Below are positions 28,401-38,968 of a stretch of DNA of 64,000 bases, piece by piece; position 1 is the first letter of the stretch, and each line of letters starts with the position of its first letter. The translations under genes were made by a program, and so were the position numbers. Below the pieces are notes generated by a model. It saw nothing but the letters and a program-made list of their open reading frames with translations, was not told where the DNA came from and made no database searches. Location: positions 69,502,001 to 69,566,000 of the forward strand of contig NC_059426.1 of NCBI RefSeq assembly GCF_021028975.2, given 5' to 3'. The stretch comes from Sphaerodactylus townsendi (taxonomy: Eukaryota).

Positions 28401-31316
28401 ATTTGAACTCGGGTCTTTCCAGTCATTATCTAATACACTAATCGTTACACCACATGGTCTCTCAGCTTCCTTTTACTGTCCTCTTCAGTTTAATAGAAAA
28501 GAAAATAGACATCCTGAAGTGTACATCTCATTTTTAAAATACAAAATTAGTAAAGTGGCAGAATGGAATAATTTTATCCCATTTGGGCCAACTCTATATG
28601 TGGGCAGGAAAACATGCAGTGGAAGCAGTAGCCAGTGGGGTGGCAGCAGAGATGAAGTTCCTGCACCACTCACTGCACTACACTCCCTCTCCCTTGGGCT
28701 AACGCTAACCAAAGCAATGATAATCACACGCCCCACCCAGGGAATGCTTCCCCTTCCTCCAGCACCACAGAGCTGTGGTTAAAGAGACACTGCACTCAGT
28801 TGTGAACAGAAATGAAGCTCTAAAGGTTGAAAAGGGGGAAAATACAGCAGCCCTAAGAGTTGTGTGCCCAATTTCTGCCCAAAAAGCGGGGACGTCCAAT
28901 TGGCCACACAGGGCAAAAACCATACATGGAAGTGGTCTTGCAGCTTGATCCTTTCATGTATGCATGAACAGGAAATCCTCCTGAATTTAATGGGGTTTAA
29001 TCCTATGCAAGTATGAAAATGCATGGTGTCAGTTTCCAAGTGTGGGAAGAGGCAAACACAACAGAATTTCTACTGTTTCTGAATGATACACCAACTCGGC
29101 TTCAAATTCAGAATTTCTGTCTGTCATTAACAAGGCACATTGCATGCCCTCAAGTATCATCCTTTCTATAATCATACTTCCAAGGAGGAGTCCATGTGGT
29201 AAAATACAGGATATGTTACAACTACCCGACAGAAAACAGCCTGGTTCAGAACCATAGCAGACAAGCCTAATTGGATTACAGTGCTCAGACTAGAAGTCTT
29301 GAATGAATGACTCTTATTATAATACAACTTTGTGCACACATAAAACTAAATGTCAAACAAAGAAGTTTAGCCTACCCTCATTTCTGACATGCTAGTTTTC
29401 TTTATGTAGAGCTTTTATTCCATGGGGGAATGCTCAAATAGGTCGCTACCACCTACAGTCTGAAATGGTACCGTGCATAACAATTCTATCATTGCTCATG
29501 TTTCTCTGAGCCAGGCTATTGTCACAGACAGCAGGTGCTGTACTGGTCCTTCCAAGAACAGCCTGCAACCTACACATAACCCAATATAACTAACCTTCAT
29601 AAGCACTTTACATCTGACAGGGCCTGCATCAGGGACAGGCCTTGATTCTCCAGGTGCATAGTGCTGGAAGAAGAGTGGGGCGAACAGGAAGCAGGCATAT
29701 GCCGAACGAGATGCATTTACTGCACGTAAAGAGAGCTGGAAAGAGAGAATCAAAGCATCAAGAATGTCAGATTTGCAGTCAATCAAAAGGCTCCCAGCTT
29801 CCTTGTAGTCCCCTAGTAGCTGAAGACTGCTTTGTACAGATACAGAATTCACTGGTCTGCACATATGCCCATCACCAGATAACATGTCAACAATGAGTAG
29901 AAAAATAGTAGCACACAAGACTTTGTATTATATACGCACATATCTTGAGAAATACATCTGCACTGTGCTGCTGGAACATCTTCACTTTGTCACATAGGTG
30001 ACATCTCACTAATGAATAACCATTTTCCGCTTTTAAAACTTTTTGTTTTTATCAAACTTTGGAGAGTTATACCTAATAAGTACAGAACCTTAGCTTCTTA
30101 TTCTACAGTGATAGAATGTTTTACTCAAAGCCCACGCTCCAATTTCCAAGTGAACAAAACTCCCTGATTCCTTTCTGCCCACAACCATTTAAACTCAGTC
30201 TAAACAAATCCCTATATTCCAGTAGCATCCAACTTGCAGGACACAAACTATGTTTGCTAGAATTTCAGTGGGATCCCTCTTCTCAGATGTTGGGAATCGT
30301 CTGACCCTCCTTGGCCCATTTTGCTGTGGGTTGACTCATTTTGCTGTGGGTTGTCCCCTTCTACACTCCTCGTGTTTCTTTTTTTAAACAAAAGCTGTCG
30401 TCTTCCGCTCTCAGACCCTTGCTTACCCCTTCCTTCAGCGGCTCAATGTAGACTTCATCTCCAATGCGGGAGAGAGAGTGCACCGCTTTTCCCAGAGCTG
30501 CATGGAGGGACAGAAGAACATTGAATCATCATGAATAAGTTGAAGTGACTATCAGTGCATTCACCACAGCCCCCACAGCGCAGGCTTGACATCATCTTGC
30601 ACAGACTCGCTTCCATTAAAACATCAGCTTGGACCATTGTTTATTGTTATTCTGCAGTGAGGTGAAACACTGCTGAAGTCCCCGCCCACCCAGATCAAAA
30701 CAACTCTTTTCCATTATCTCTCCAGTACAGTGCCACAAAGCTTCCCACCACCACCACTTCCTTTCTTTCCAGCCTTTCTCCCAGCCCAACAGGAAATTAC
30801 CTTTTTAGGATACAAAGCCCTCATCAGCATGCTTTCCCTCTACTACGTTCATGCAACATGGCTGTAAAAATTCCAGGTAGGCAATCTCCCTTGAGGCTGA
30901 AAACTAGATATGAGCTCCTATGGATTAATTTTTTTCCCTGCAGTAACCATTCATTCCGATACCAAGATCGCAAACCCTCTAAATAGAGTAGTTATTTCTG
31001 AAATGTGCAAATCAGTCACATGGTATGATCTGATGCAAGAGTGTTTAGCAATCTCATGCGCATCCTCATTCTACACCATCTGCCATTTAAACTGAGGATT
31101 TGGCTGATAAATAAATAAATAAAATCTTTTGTAATGCCCAAACTATTCAGTAGCTCTAGAAGGGGAAGCCTCTCATTCCTCTGCTCACTTAAGGCAAATA
31201 GCTCCCTCCTTGAGGAACACAAGCCCAATGTCAGCACTCTCCAGAGGAGAATGACCCATATCCAAACAGATTCTTGCCCTACCTTTCACATTACCACCAG
31301 TAATGATGCACTTCAT
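19369..31316 (-). CDS. RAD9A: Cell-cycle checkpoint clamp subunit RAD9A, full spliced CDS complement(join 31283-31316, 30427-30497, 29595-29735, 27193-27307, 25755-25854, 25134-25243, 24716-24822, 24572-24636, 24261-24359, 21675-21882, 19369-19473); 1155 nt, 384 aa
   Basis: Eleven GT-AG exons with consistent phases. Protein runs [31 protein letters not shown] ... [20 protein letters not shown] ... [10 protein letters not shown] and closely parallels human RAD9A. Tail-to-tail with PPP1CA as in human. Confidence 0.96.
21675..21882 (-). CDS. RAD9A: RAD9A coding exon 10 ([26 protein letters not shown]...[12 protein letters not shown])
   Basis: Acceptor CATTCTAG; donor AAG|GTATG; 208 nt; [14 protein letters not shown] and VPGTPP motifs. 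Confidence 0.93.
22030..22700 (+). mobile_element. Degenerate, internally deleted CR1 LINE (antisense in RAD9A intron)
   Basis: Remnants of [12 protein letters not shown] (endonuclease), FIN.LDEG and FADDT (RT), and [16 protein letters not shown]. Confidence 0.82.
22843..23965 (-). mobile_element. Solo LTR (Gypsy/ERV-type) in RAD9A intron between coding exons 9 and 10
   Basis: TGTGAC...GTCACA termini; 5-bp TSD ACATC/ACATG. On the - strand: inverted CCAAT (23886-23882), TATAAAA (23861-23855), AATAAA (23300-23295) in U3-R-U5 order. Confidence 0.75.
24261..24359 (-). CDS. RAD9A: RAD9A coding exon 9 ([33 protein letters not shown])
   Basis: Acceptor CTTCTCACAG; donor CTG|GTGAG; VLATL motif ending the PCNA-like fold; SQ site. 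Confidence 0.92.
24572..24636 (-). CDS. RAD9A: RAD9A coding exon 8 ([21 protein letters not shown])
   Basis: Acceptor CTCTTTTAG; donor GCAG|GTAGG; 65 nt. Confidence 0.95.
24716..24822 (-). CDS. RAD9A: RAD9A coding exon 7 ([36 protein letters not shown])
   Basis: TFCLKEFR motif; donor CGG|GTGAG; acceptor GATTCAG fits phase 1. Confidence 0.92.
25134..25243 (-). CDS. RAD9A: RAD9A coding exon 6 ([37 protein letters not shown])
   Basis: Acceptor GATTCAG; donor CCAG|GTGAG; 110 nt; translated by hand. Confidence 0.93.
25755..25854 (-). CDS. RAD9A: RAD9A coding exon 5 ([33 protein letters not shown])
   Basis: Acceptor CTCTGCAG; donor CCAG|GTTGG; 100 nt. Confidence 0.95.
27193..27307 (-). CDS. RAD9A: RAD9A coding exon 4 ([38 protein letters not shown])
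   Basis: Acceptor CCTTCCAG; donor TATG|GTGAG; 115 nt. Confidence 0.96.
27448..27833 (+). mobile_element. Non-autonomous hAT MITE, family A copy 3 (RAD9A intron)
   Basis: Same TIRs; 8-bp TSD GGTGCTTC / GATGCTTC (1 mismatch). Confidence 0.92.
29595..29735 (-). CDS. RAD9A: RAD9A coding exon 3 ([26 protein letters not shown]...RCKVLMK)
   Basis: Acceptor CTTTCCAG; donor AAG|GTTAG; 141 nt. Confidence 0.96.
30427..30497 (-). CDS. RAD9A: RAD9A coding exon 2 ([24 protein letters not shown])
   Basis: Acceptor CCATGCAG; donor GGG|GTAAG; 71 nt; BH3-like segment. Confidence 0.95.
31283..31316 (-). CDS. RAD9A: RAD9A coding exon 1 ([11 protein letters not shown])
   Basis: ATG at 31316; donor AAAG|GTAGG; 34 nt. 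An acceptor (TTTCACAG) ending at 31372 suggests the exon starts at 31371. Confidence 0.93.
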
Positions 31317-32105
31317 GCTCAAGGAGAGAAGCTGCCAAGGTCATCCACATTAGGTGCAGGGAATGAAACACCTGTGAAATTGTTATTCACTATTGTTTCC
31401 TAATGTCACCTTTCCTCTGGGTTAGGAAAAATCCCCATAGGCTTCAAAGTGGACACTAGGAGATTAAAAATAAGAATAAATTCATTATTAGTACTGCTAA
31501 CATTTTTGGAGTACATATTTAAGCTAAGGATAAACACCTATTGTGTTGCAATCACTAGATACTGATTCCAAATTAGACCCACTAGGGACTCATCTAGATA
31601 AGTAAGCATAGAGGCTTAAATCATATTCCAATTTGGAAGCAGTTGAACAGCTATCTAGAATTTTACAAACTGCCCATTTACAAGTGCATACTTAATGGCT
31701 GTAGGTAGATCAAAAAGCGAATTCTTTACCCACTGTAAAAACCCAAAGTTTTGAGAAAACTCAAGTTTATAAGTTCAGAATTAGAGTAAAAATTGTTTAT
31801 ACACTTTACTTGTTCTGACCTGCAGCCCAATCTCATACTTCTTTACTCACAAGTAAGTCTCACTAAATTTAATAGTGCTGACATCCAATTAAATGGGCAC
31901 AGGACTCCATCTTCAGTATCTGCACAGCCATTTCCAATTTGGAACATGATTTAGGCCTCTGTTATTTCAATCCTATGCTTAGTTATCTAGATAAGCCCCA
32001 TTGAATAGTAGTACTTCTGAGTAGGCATGCATGGCACTTCCAGTTTTATTGCAAATTATGTGTTCACTAATTCAGCATTGTACAGGAGTTTGCTTTAGTT
32101 CCTAC

Positions 32106-32930
32106 AGGAGGAGGAGGAGTTTGGATTTATATCCCCCCTTTCTCTCCTGCAGGAGACTCAAAGGGGCTTACAATCTCCTTGCCCTTCCCCCCTCACAACA
32201 AACACTCTGGCCGTTTCCGCACGGCCTCCTGCCGCCCCCACGCCGCCAAGAGTGCGGGCGGCGTGGGGGCGGAAGCCCGTTCGCATGCAAGCATGCGAAC
32301 GGGCGAAGCGGAGGCCGGCAGACGGCAGGCGGCTCCGCACGGAGCCGCCTCTGCGCCCTCCCCCGCCCCACTCACGGTGTCCTCCTTGTCACCTGCAGGG
32401 CGTCACAGCCCCGCCCACACTGCCCTCCGACCCCTGGAGGTCGGAGGACAGTGTGGGCGGGGCTGCGACGCCCCGCAGGCGACGAGGAGGACACCGTGAG
32501 TGGGGCGGAGACGGGAGACAGCGTCTTCCCGGCGGCGCGGTTCGCACCGCGCCGCAGGGAAGACGCTCCCTCCCCAACAACAACCCTTTAAAGGGTTGTT
32601 GTTTAGGGCGGCTTGACGCCGCCCTGGGGGGAGGGAAGAAGAGTCAGGTCGCCGCTGCTGCGTTGCAGCAGCGGCGCCTGTGCGAACGGCGGCCTGGGGG
32701 TGCCTTATTTGGGGCCCCCAGGCCGTCATAAATGGGCCGTGCGGAAACGGCCTCTGTGAGGTAGGTGGGGCTGAGAGAGCTCAGAGAAGCTGTGACTAGC
32801 CCAAGGTCACCCAGCTGGCGTGTGTGGGAGTGTACAGGCTAATCTGAATTCCACAGCTCAGGCGGCGAGCTGGGAATCAAACCTGGTTCCTCCAGATTAG
32901 ATACACGAGTTCTTAACCTCTTATGCCACA
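32106..32930 (-). mobile_element. tRNA-derived squamate SINE (Squam3-like), interrupted by the Harbinger-like MITE
   Basis: Reverse complement of the SINE at 1631-1871 (TAATCTGGAG...GTGACCTTGGGCTAGTCAC...CTCAGCCCCACCTACCTCAC) with a (CTC)n tail. Confidence 0.85.
32209..32752. mobile_element. GC/CpG-rich PIF/Harbinger-like MITE nested in a SINE
   Basis: TIRs GGCCGTTTCCGCACGGCC / GGCCGTGCGGAAACGGCC; 3-bp TSD TCT; splits a SINE that rejoins as AAACAC-TCT-GTGAGGTAGG. Confidence 0.85.
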
Positions 32931-33436
32931 GGTTGTACCCCTGCATACATATCAACCGTACAAAGCCAATCCAGCTGCGACTACACTTGCCTTAAAAACA
33001 ATGAAAGTCCTTTTTATTCTGCAGGGCATTTGGAGTTCAGAAAGTGAACACCTTCTGAAAAGTTGTCAAACTTACTAACAGATATCAGTAGTTCATTTCA
33101 AAGGTGTTTCAACATTTAATGAATGTTATGCCTGTTAGGCACTTTGCCAAAGAGTGATTACTGCTGCATTTTATGGGCTTGTTTTTTAGTGATGGTTACG
33201 GCATTGCTGAGCAACACAAATAGCTCAGTTTAGTTAGACAGGGCTGGCCATGGTTAGTATTTGGATGGGAGGCAACGCAAACCACCTCCACTTGTCTCTT
33301 GCCTGGAATGCCTTCTGGATGGGTTCGCCACGAGATGGCTGTGACGCAACAGCACATAGTGGGGATTATTGCCCCAGAACCTATTAGTTTATGGGAGGAG
33401 TACAATGTCTTTAATAGAATGACAAAATAAGCCAAG

Positions 33437-33605
33437 GAAAACTAAGCAGAGTCAACCCTGGTTAGTACTTGGATGGGAGACCACTAAGGAATACCAGGGT
33501 CACTATGCAGACAAAGGCAATGATGAACCACCTCTGTCAGACTCTTGTCTTGAAGAACCTACTGGGTTGCACTAAATTGGCTGCGACTTGACAGAGTTTT
33601 ACATA
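33437..33605 (+). mobile_element. 5S rRNA-derived SINE (SINE3-type) fragment
   Basis: CTAAGCAG..TC..CCTGGTTAGTACTTGGATGGGAGACC...GGAATACC matches the 5S internal control region, followed by a non-5S tail. A more degenerate copy lies at about 33225-33350. Confidence 0.7.
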
Positions 33606-34249
33606 TATATGAATTCAGTGGGACTGACTTGCCCAATAACTGAGCACAGGATTGGACTGATGTGCTCTGATGAAGCTGATGGCATGATTAATATAGGTCT
33701 GTGCTCCCCTCTTTCCCCAGTGGCAAAAAGCACCAGGGCCAGTGCTTCCTGGGTTGGTCCAGTTTGGAGAAGACCACTTTACCACCTTGGGACATTTCTG
33801 TAACATTGCTTTGTTTACAAACACAGAAGTAGGGCACAGACGGAAATAAACAGGCACTCATAGAAGGCTGCAGACCCATCAGAGTATATCAGACCCCCCT
33901 CCCCCCTCTTCAACAGTCGTTTCACGTGGCTTCAACACATTTTGCTTCTGAGTTGGTAACTGGAGGATGCCACTCAACTAGCACGCTTTGGGCACCAGGA
34001 CTGGCTCGGAGGAGAAGGCTAATTGTTGATCCCTAACCAAACCTTTAAAAACGTACCCGTTGCGTTGCTTTATGAATTTTAGGGGCGACAGAGGAGGTGG
34101 AGCAAACCCTTAAAAGCACATCAGTTTCCCGCAATTCCAGACCAAAGCAGTCTTAAATTAGATGAGCTTTTGGAATAACATTCAGCTACTCTAGGCCGCC
34201 ACTCAAGGCTGGTATCTCTCAAAGGGAAAATCCTCCCGGGGGGGGGGGG

Positions 34250-34660
34250 GGGGCGTTTGATCTCACCGATCTTTACCCAAGCGACTCCCCCTATTCCAGC
34301 CCACTGTAGGAAACAGACCCTGCCTCCTGACCATCTTGGGTTGGGTTAGCATCGTAAGCCCGGGTTCCCCGATTCTCCTACCTCCCGCCAAAGTCAAGCA
34401 GATATACCAAACTTCTCTCCCTTGACGGGCCCGCCTCTTTCTCCCAAGATGCCTTCCTATTGGACAATGTGCTAACTGCGTTACGGGAAAGCTGTAGAAG
34501 CGGGACGGGGAAGAACGGGTTAAGATTTGATGAAGGAGGACTTCCGCCCACGTGATAATATGGGGCTCTGCTAGCGAGCGCGTGGGTGAATAACTGGAGA
34601 CGGCTACTCTTGGGAGCGGAGGAAAAAGTTTGCAGTTTTTTTACACTCGCTGCGTTCTTG
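34250..34660 (-). promoter_or_regulatory. Probable RAD9A promoter and non-coding first exon
   Basis: Local CpG enrichment; E2F site TTTGGCGGGA (34392-34383), CCAAT (34463-34459), ETS/GC motif ACTTCCGCCC (34540-34549), E-box CACGTG (34549-34554). Minus-strand donor candidates CG|GTGAGA (exon end 34267) and GG|GTAAAG (34277). Confidence 0.6.
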
Positions 34661-36206
34661 GTCTTAGCAATAAGAAAAGCTGAGAGGGGGGTTGGGGGTT
34701 GAGGTAAAGGGGATTATATCGTTCTCCTTTCACCATTATTTTATCCTCATAACATCTCTGACTAGTGAGGTGGGTTAGGGCTAAGGTTATCCAGCAAACC
34801 TTCCATGATTCGAAACGGGATCACCTAGGTCCTTAATCCTTATAACTCGCTGACTTTGATATGAGGAGGCTGATTAAAGGAAGGTTCTTGTTTTCTAATT
34901 TTCCAGATGTGCATTGTACTGCTTGGTTGCGCAGGATTCAGATGACTTCTTTTGCTTTTGTAATTTGCAGTGTAAACGTTTTCACATAAAGATTGGGAAA
35001 GCTGAGAAAATCTAAACTGTTAAGCTGATCCGACATTCAGCAGGGGGTTGGACTATGTGGCCTTTAAGCCTCCTTCCAACTCTTATGATTCCTGACAAGT
35101 GTTCAGGAAACAAATCAGACAGACTTCTTTTCTGAAACCTCTGAAAAAGGAAGCTCTTCAGTAGCACATTCCATAAGGATGGTGAGACAACAGATAGTCT
35201 GGTTTCTGGAAAAGCAAGAGCATCCAACCCTAATATATAACTAGTGCATGACTTCTCCTGGGAAGCGATGGCCCATAGATCCCAGGTAGTAACTTGCCTT
35301 TTGCTCTGAAAAACATTTTCAAACCTACACTGCACGTGGCTGTACTTGGTGCCGTTACAAATAAACATTTTCTCAAATTTCAAATAAAAGGATGTTAGCA
35401 CTAATGAACAGCAGATCGTGAAATGGTGTTGTGGAAATGTTTCAGAATGAGGCAAGTAAGTCTGATTCTGAACAGCCTTACTGGAAAGTCAGTTCTGCTG
35501 AAATACATACAGGATTGTGGTGAGCAGCTAGGATTTTCTTAAAAAAAACTACCTTGCTCACACCTTTGAGAGAAAATTATCTGCAGTCATCAGTGTAAGA
35601 TTTCACAGCTTGAAGAAAAACATTCCTAACTAATTCTGCATATCAGTCTTCTCTTATAATTAGGGCTACCAACCTCAAGGTGAGGCTGGGAGCTCTCCAA
35701 GGATTACAGCTGGTGTCAGAACAACAAAATTGGTTTTCCTGGAGAAAATGCCAGTTTTAGAGGGGGTACTCTATGGAATTACAACACTGCTGAGTTTCCT
35801 CCCCTCATCAAACCTCACCTTCCCCCAGCACTACCTCCTAATCTCCAAGAAGCTGAAGAAGGAAATCCTAACAGATAGACAATTGCAGAGGCTGGTTCTG
35901 AAATCGGCAATTCTATCCCCCGCTCAGAAAATATCATGGACAAGGCTCACTGAAAAATCTGCAAGAAATCATAGTTACAGTTGCTTCATTTAAGAGGACA
36001 GTTTACTGTTAAATGCAGTATTCTCTACAAAGGGAATTCTCAGAATGTGGCTGCCCTACAGAAAGTTTTGAGGGTGTTGTATGAGGTGATCCAATGCCGG
36101 ATGCAAGGATCTCTGTGTGTATCAAGTGCTGTCAAGTCACTTCATAGCAATGCTGTGAAGGGAGGGGGAGTAATTTTCAGCTCAGTGTATTAGGACTAAC
36201 AGCATA

Positions 36207-37116
36207 CCGTATATACTCATGTATAAGTCGAATTTTTCAGCACATTTTTAATGCTGAAAAAGCTCCCCTCGACTTATATGCGGGCCATTAAAATTTTTTG
36301 TGTGTTTTTACTTTGCTGGCCAGCAGGGGGCACAGTTTTTATGCTAGTGACACCAAAATTTCAGGGTACCCTCAGAAGACACTCCTGATGATACCAGCCA
36401 AGTTTGGTAAAGTTTGGTTCAGGGGGTCCAAAGTTATGGACCCCCAAAGGAGGTGCCCCCATTCCCTATTGTTTTCAATGGGAGCTATTAGTAGATGAGG
36501 CTACCCTTTTGAGGGTCCATAACTTTGGACTCTCTGAACCAAGCTTCACCAAACCTGGCTGGTCTCATCAGGAGAGTCTCTTTATGATACCAGCCAGGTT
36601 TGGTGAAGTTTGGGTCAGGGGATCCAAAGTTATTGATCCCCAAAAGGGTGCCCCATCCCCCATTGTTTACAATGGAAGCTAATAGTAGATTTTCCATTTC
36701 TGATAATATCCCTCTTAAAATCTAAGTTGGGTTACATTTGGACATACAGATGATGATGAGGAATCCAGTTTTGAAGGATTTTAACTCCTGTGTTTAGCTT
36801 GGTTGCTGATTGAGCTAAGGTTTTTGTACTTTTAAAGTTGCTGTTGAGACCATATTGTTCTTGTTGACCCTCTTTTCCACTTACAGAGCCAGTTTACTGT
36901 TTTTCTTTGAAATAAATATTCAAAAACATTTAACCTACTGATGCCTCAATTGATGTAATTTTATTGGTATCTATTTTTATTTTTGAAATTTACCAGCAGC
37001 TGCTGCATTTCCCACCCTTCGACTTATACGCGAGTCAATAAGTTTTCCCAGTTTTTTGTGGTAAAATTAAGTGCCTCGACTTATATGCGGGTCGATTTAT
37101 ACATGAGTATATACGG
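36207..37116. mobile_element. Non-autonomous Tc1/mariner-superfamily (Tc2/pogo-like) element
   Basis: TIRs CCGTATATACTCATGTATAA / TTATACATGAGTATATACGG, TA on both flanks, repeated CTCGACTTATA subterminal motifs; internal direct and inverted repeats of about 100 bp at 36340-36690. Confidence 0.88.
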
Positions 37117-38787
37117 TAATTTAACATGGTTTTGCACCAGGGTTGATGTCCCTCTCCCCCTATACATGACACAGCTGTTGGAGAATGCTGTAATTTTACT
37201 TCCCTGTATTCAGAATTGTTTTGCAAGTTCTAATGCCTCTGGTGCTGGGCCCGCGTGCTAAAGATGCAAATTTTATTTTCTTGAGAGGTTGCTTGTTTTT
37301 GTTAGCTTTACTGTAATTAACATGAGCTATGAAACAGAGGAGGAAAAAAACCAATAATACCTCACAAAACAGACATATTTGAAACCTTAACTTTAAACAA
37401 ACTCAAGAACAGGACCTTAGGCCACTGTGAAAAATGGCTCCTTTTCTCTCCTTCCTCCCCTTCCCTTCCCCAAATTGTAGAATGGCTCCCCTGTGACCAG
37501 TACCTAACAATCCATGAAAATCAAATAAGTTTCCTCTCTGGAAAGAAAACCTCGTGCCAGCATAAACAGACCTGTTTTTTTTAAAAAACTAGCATAAGAG
37601 GGTAATAATATTTGCCTGCTTTAAGAGAGCACCTGGGGTTAAACTTGGCACTTGGATTGCTACAAAACAGAATTGAAAGGTAAACGTATGATCTCATCAT
37701 ATCCATGTACAATCTAATCAACTGCAGGATATACATTAGCACAAATAAAGTCTTCATATAAAACTTGCTGCTAAATCCTCAATTATCATTCAGTTTTACC
37801 TATAGAACATCTCTGAAACAGTTGTAGAACAGGGCTCATTCATTTCTCAGTAACTTGGAACTTAATTTTCCTCTACTGTTAATTGTAGGTAGTCTTTTCC
37901 CCTGCCCAGGCCAGTCATTACTTGGAATTAACCCAAGTGAGTCCCAGTTACACAATGAGATTAAACTGGTTTAAGAAATCCAAGTGTTTTGTCTTAAATG
38001 TATTATGGATCAGCTTGCTAATCAGGTTGGCTGCAGTCCAAAGAGCCATGGGAATAGTTCCATTCTCCAATGAGGGTTTTGCCTACAGTTTCTCAAGCAG
38101 CAGGCCCTGATGATGCATAGCAAATAGCTTTTAAAAGTCAAGGAAGTTTTAAAATATTTGTGGTGTTGCATGAGGATTTGTTGTTCCTAGGAATACACCA
38201 GCAGTCTTTTGGATATGTGCAAGCTCTTGGACAATGCCCAAAGTGAATTTCAAAAATATGTTTTTTTGCTTTCAATGGGCTTACTCAGAAACAAGCTCTA
38301 CTGAATAAAATGGTACTTATGTCCTGGTAAATGCACATAGGAATGCAACCCTAGAATGTTTTGCCTTTTGCCAGTGAGGTTAGCAGCTTTGCTTCTGAAA
38401 TTAGTATAGTAACAAATAGCTTGTATTGATGAGAACACACATGTAAGCAAAAGTGAGTGTTTCATCTTGTTCACTGCCAGCATTCACATACAAGGCCCGT
38501 ATGGAACACACACCTGCACACACCACTGCCACTGCCTTGAAATGACTGAGCTATAGTACTAAAAAGATGCTTGGTATTCAGCCACTAAATCACAGCCCTC
38601 TTAAATTCAGGCCTTCAAGCTATCTTTGTGAACATAACTCCTGTCACAACCTCTAGCAGGGATGACATTAAGCTCCTCCCCTACCATGTTTTGCAAGTTA
38701 TATAAAACTATGGGGCTAGTTTCCTTTTCAGTGATTGGAGCTGAAGAAAGTGGATTTGAATTTCTAATCTAGTAATTCACATGAATA

Positions 38788-38968
38788 TGTGAAGATGCCT
38801 TATACTGAATCAGACCATTGGTCCGACAAGGTGAGTGTTGTCTACCCTGGAGTGGCAGTGGCTGTCCAGGATCTCAGACAGAGGTCTTTCACATCACCTG
38901 CCACCTGGCCCTTTTAGCAGGAGATGCTGGGAATATTGAACCCGGGGCCTTCTTCATGCCAAGCAGAC
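38788..38968 (-). mobile_element. Squamate tRNA-derived SINE fragment with LINE-like tail
   Basis: B-box-like GGGTTCAAT on - strand and tail GATTCAGTATAAGGCATCTTC; related piece at about 42610-42695. Confidence 0.6.

Noticed and set aside
32209-32752. Possible RAD9A CpG-island promoter
   Set aside because: Bounded by TIRs and a TSD and splits a SINE, so it is an insertion; the motif-rich cluster at 34250-34660 is the better candidate.
33437-33500. Possible 5S rRNA gene
   Set aside because: Only the internal control region matches; the 5' part and T-run terminator are missing and a SINE tail follows.
36340-36690. Repeated units resembling a CRISPR or regulatory array
   Set aside because: Eukaryotic DNA; degenerate direct and inverted repeats inside a TA-flanked transposon, without unique spacers.
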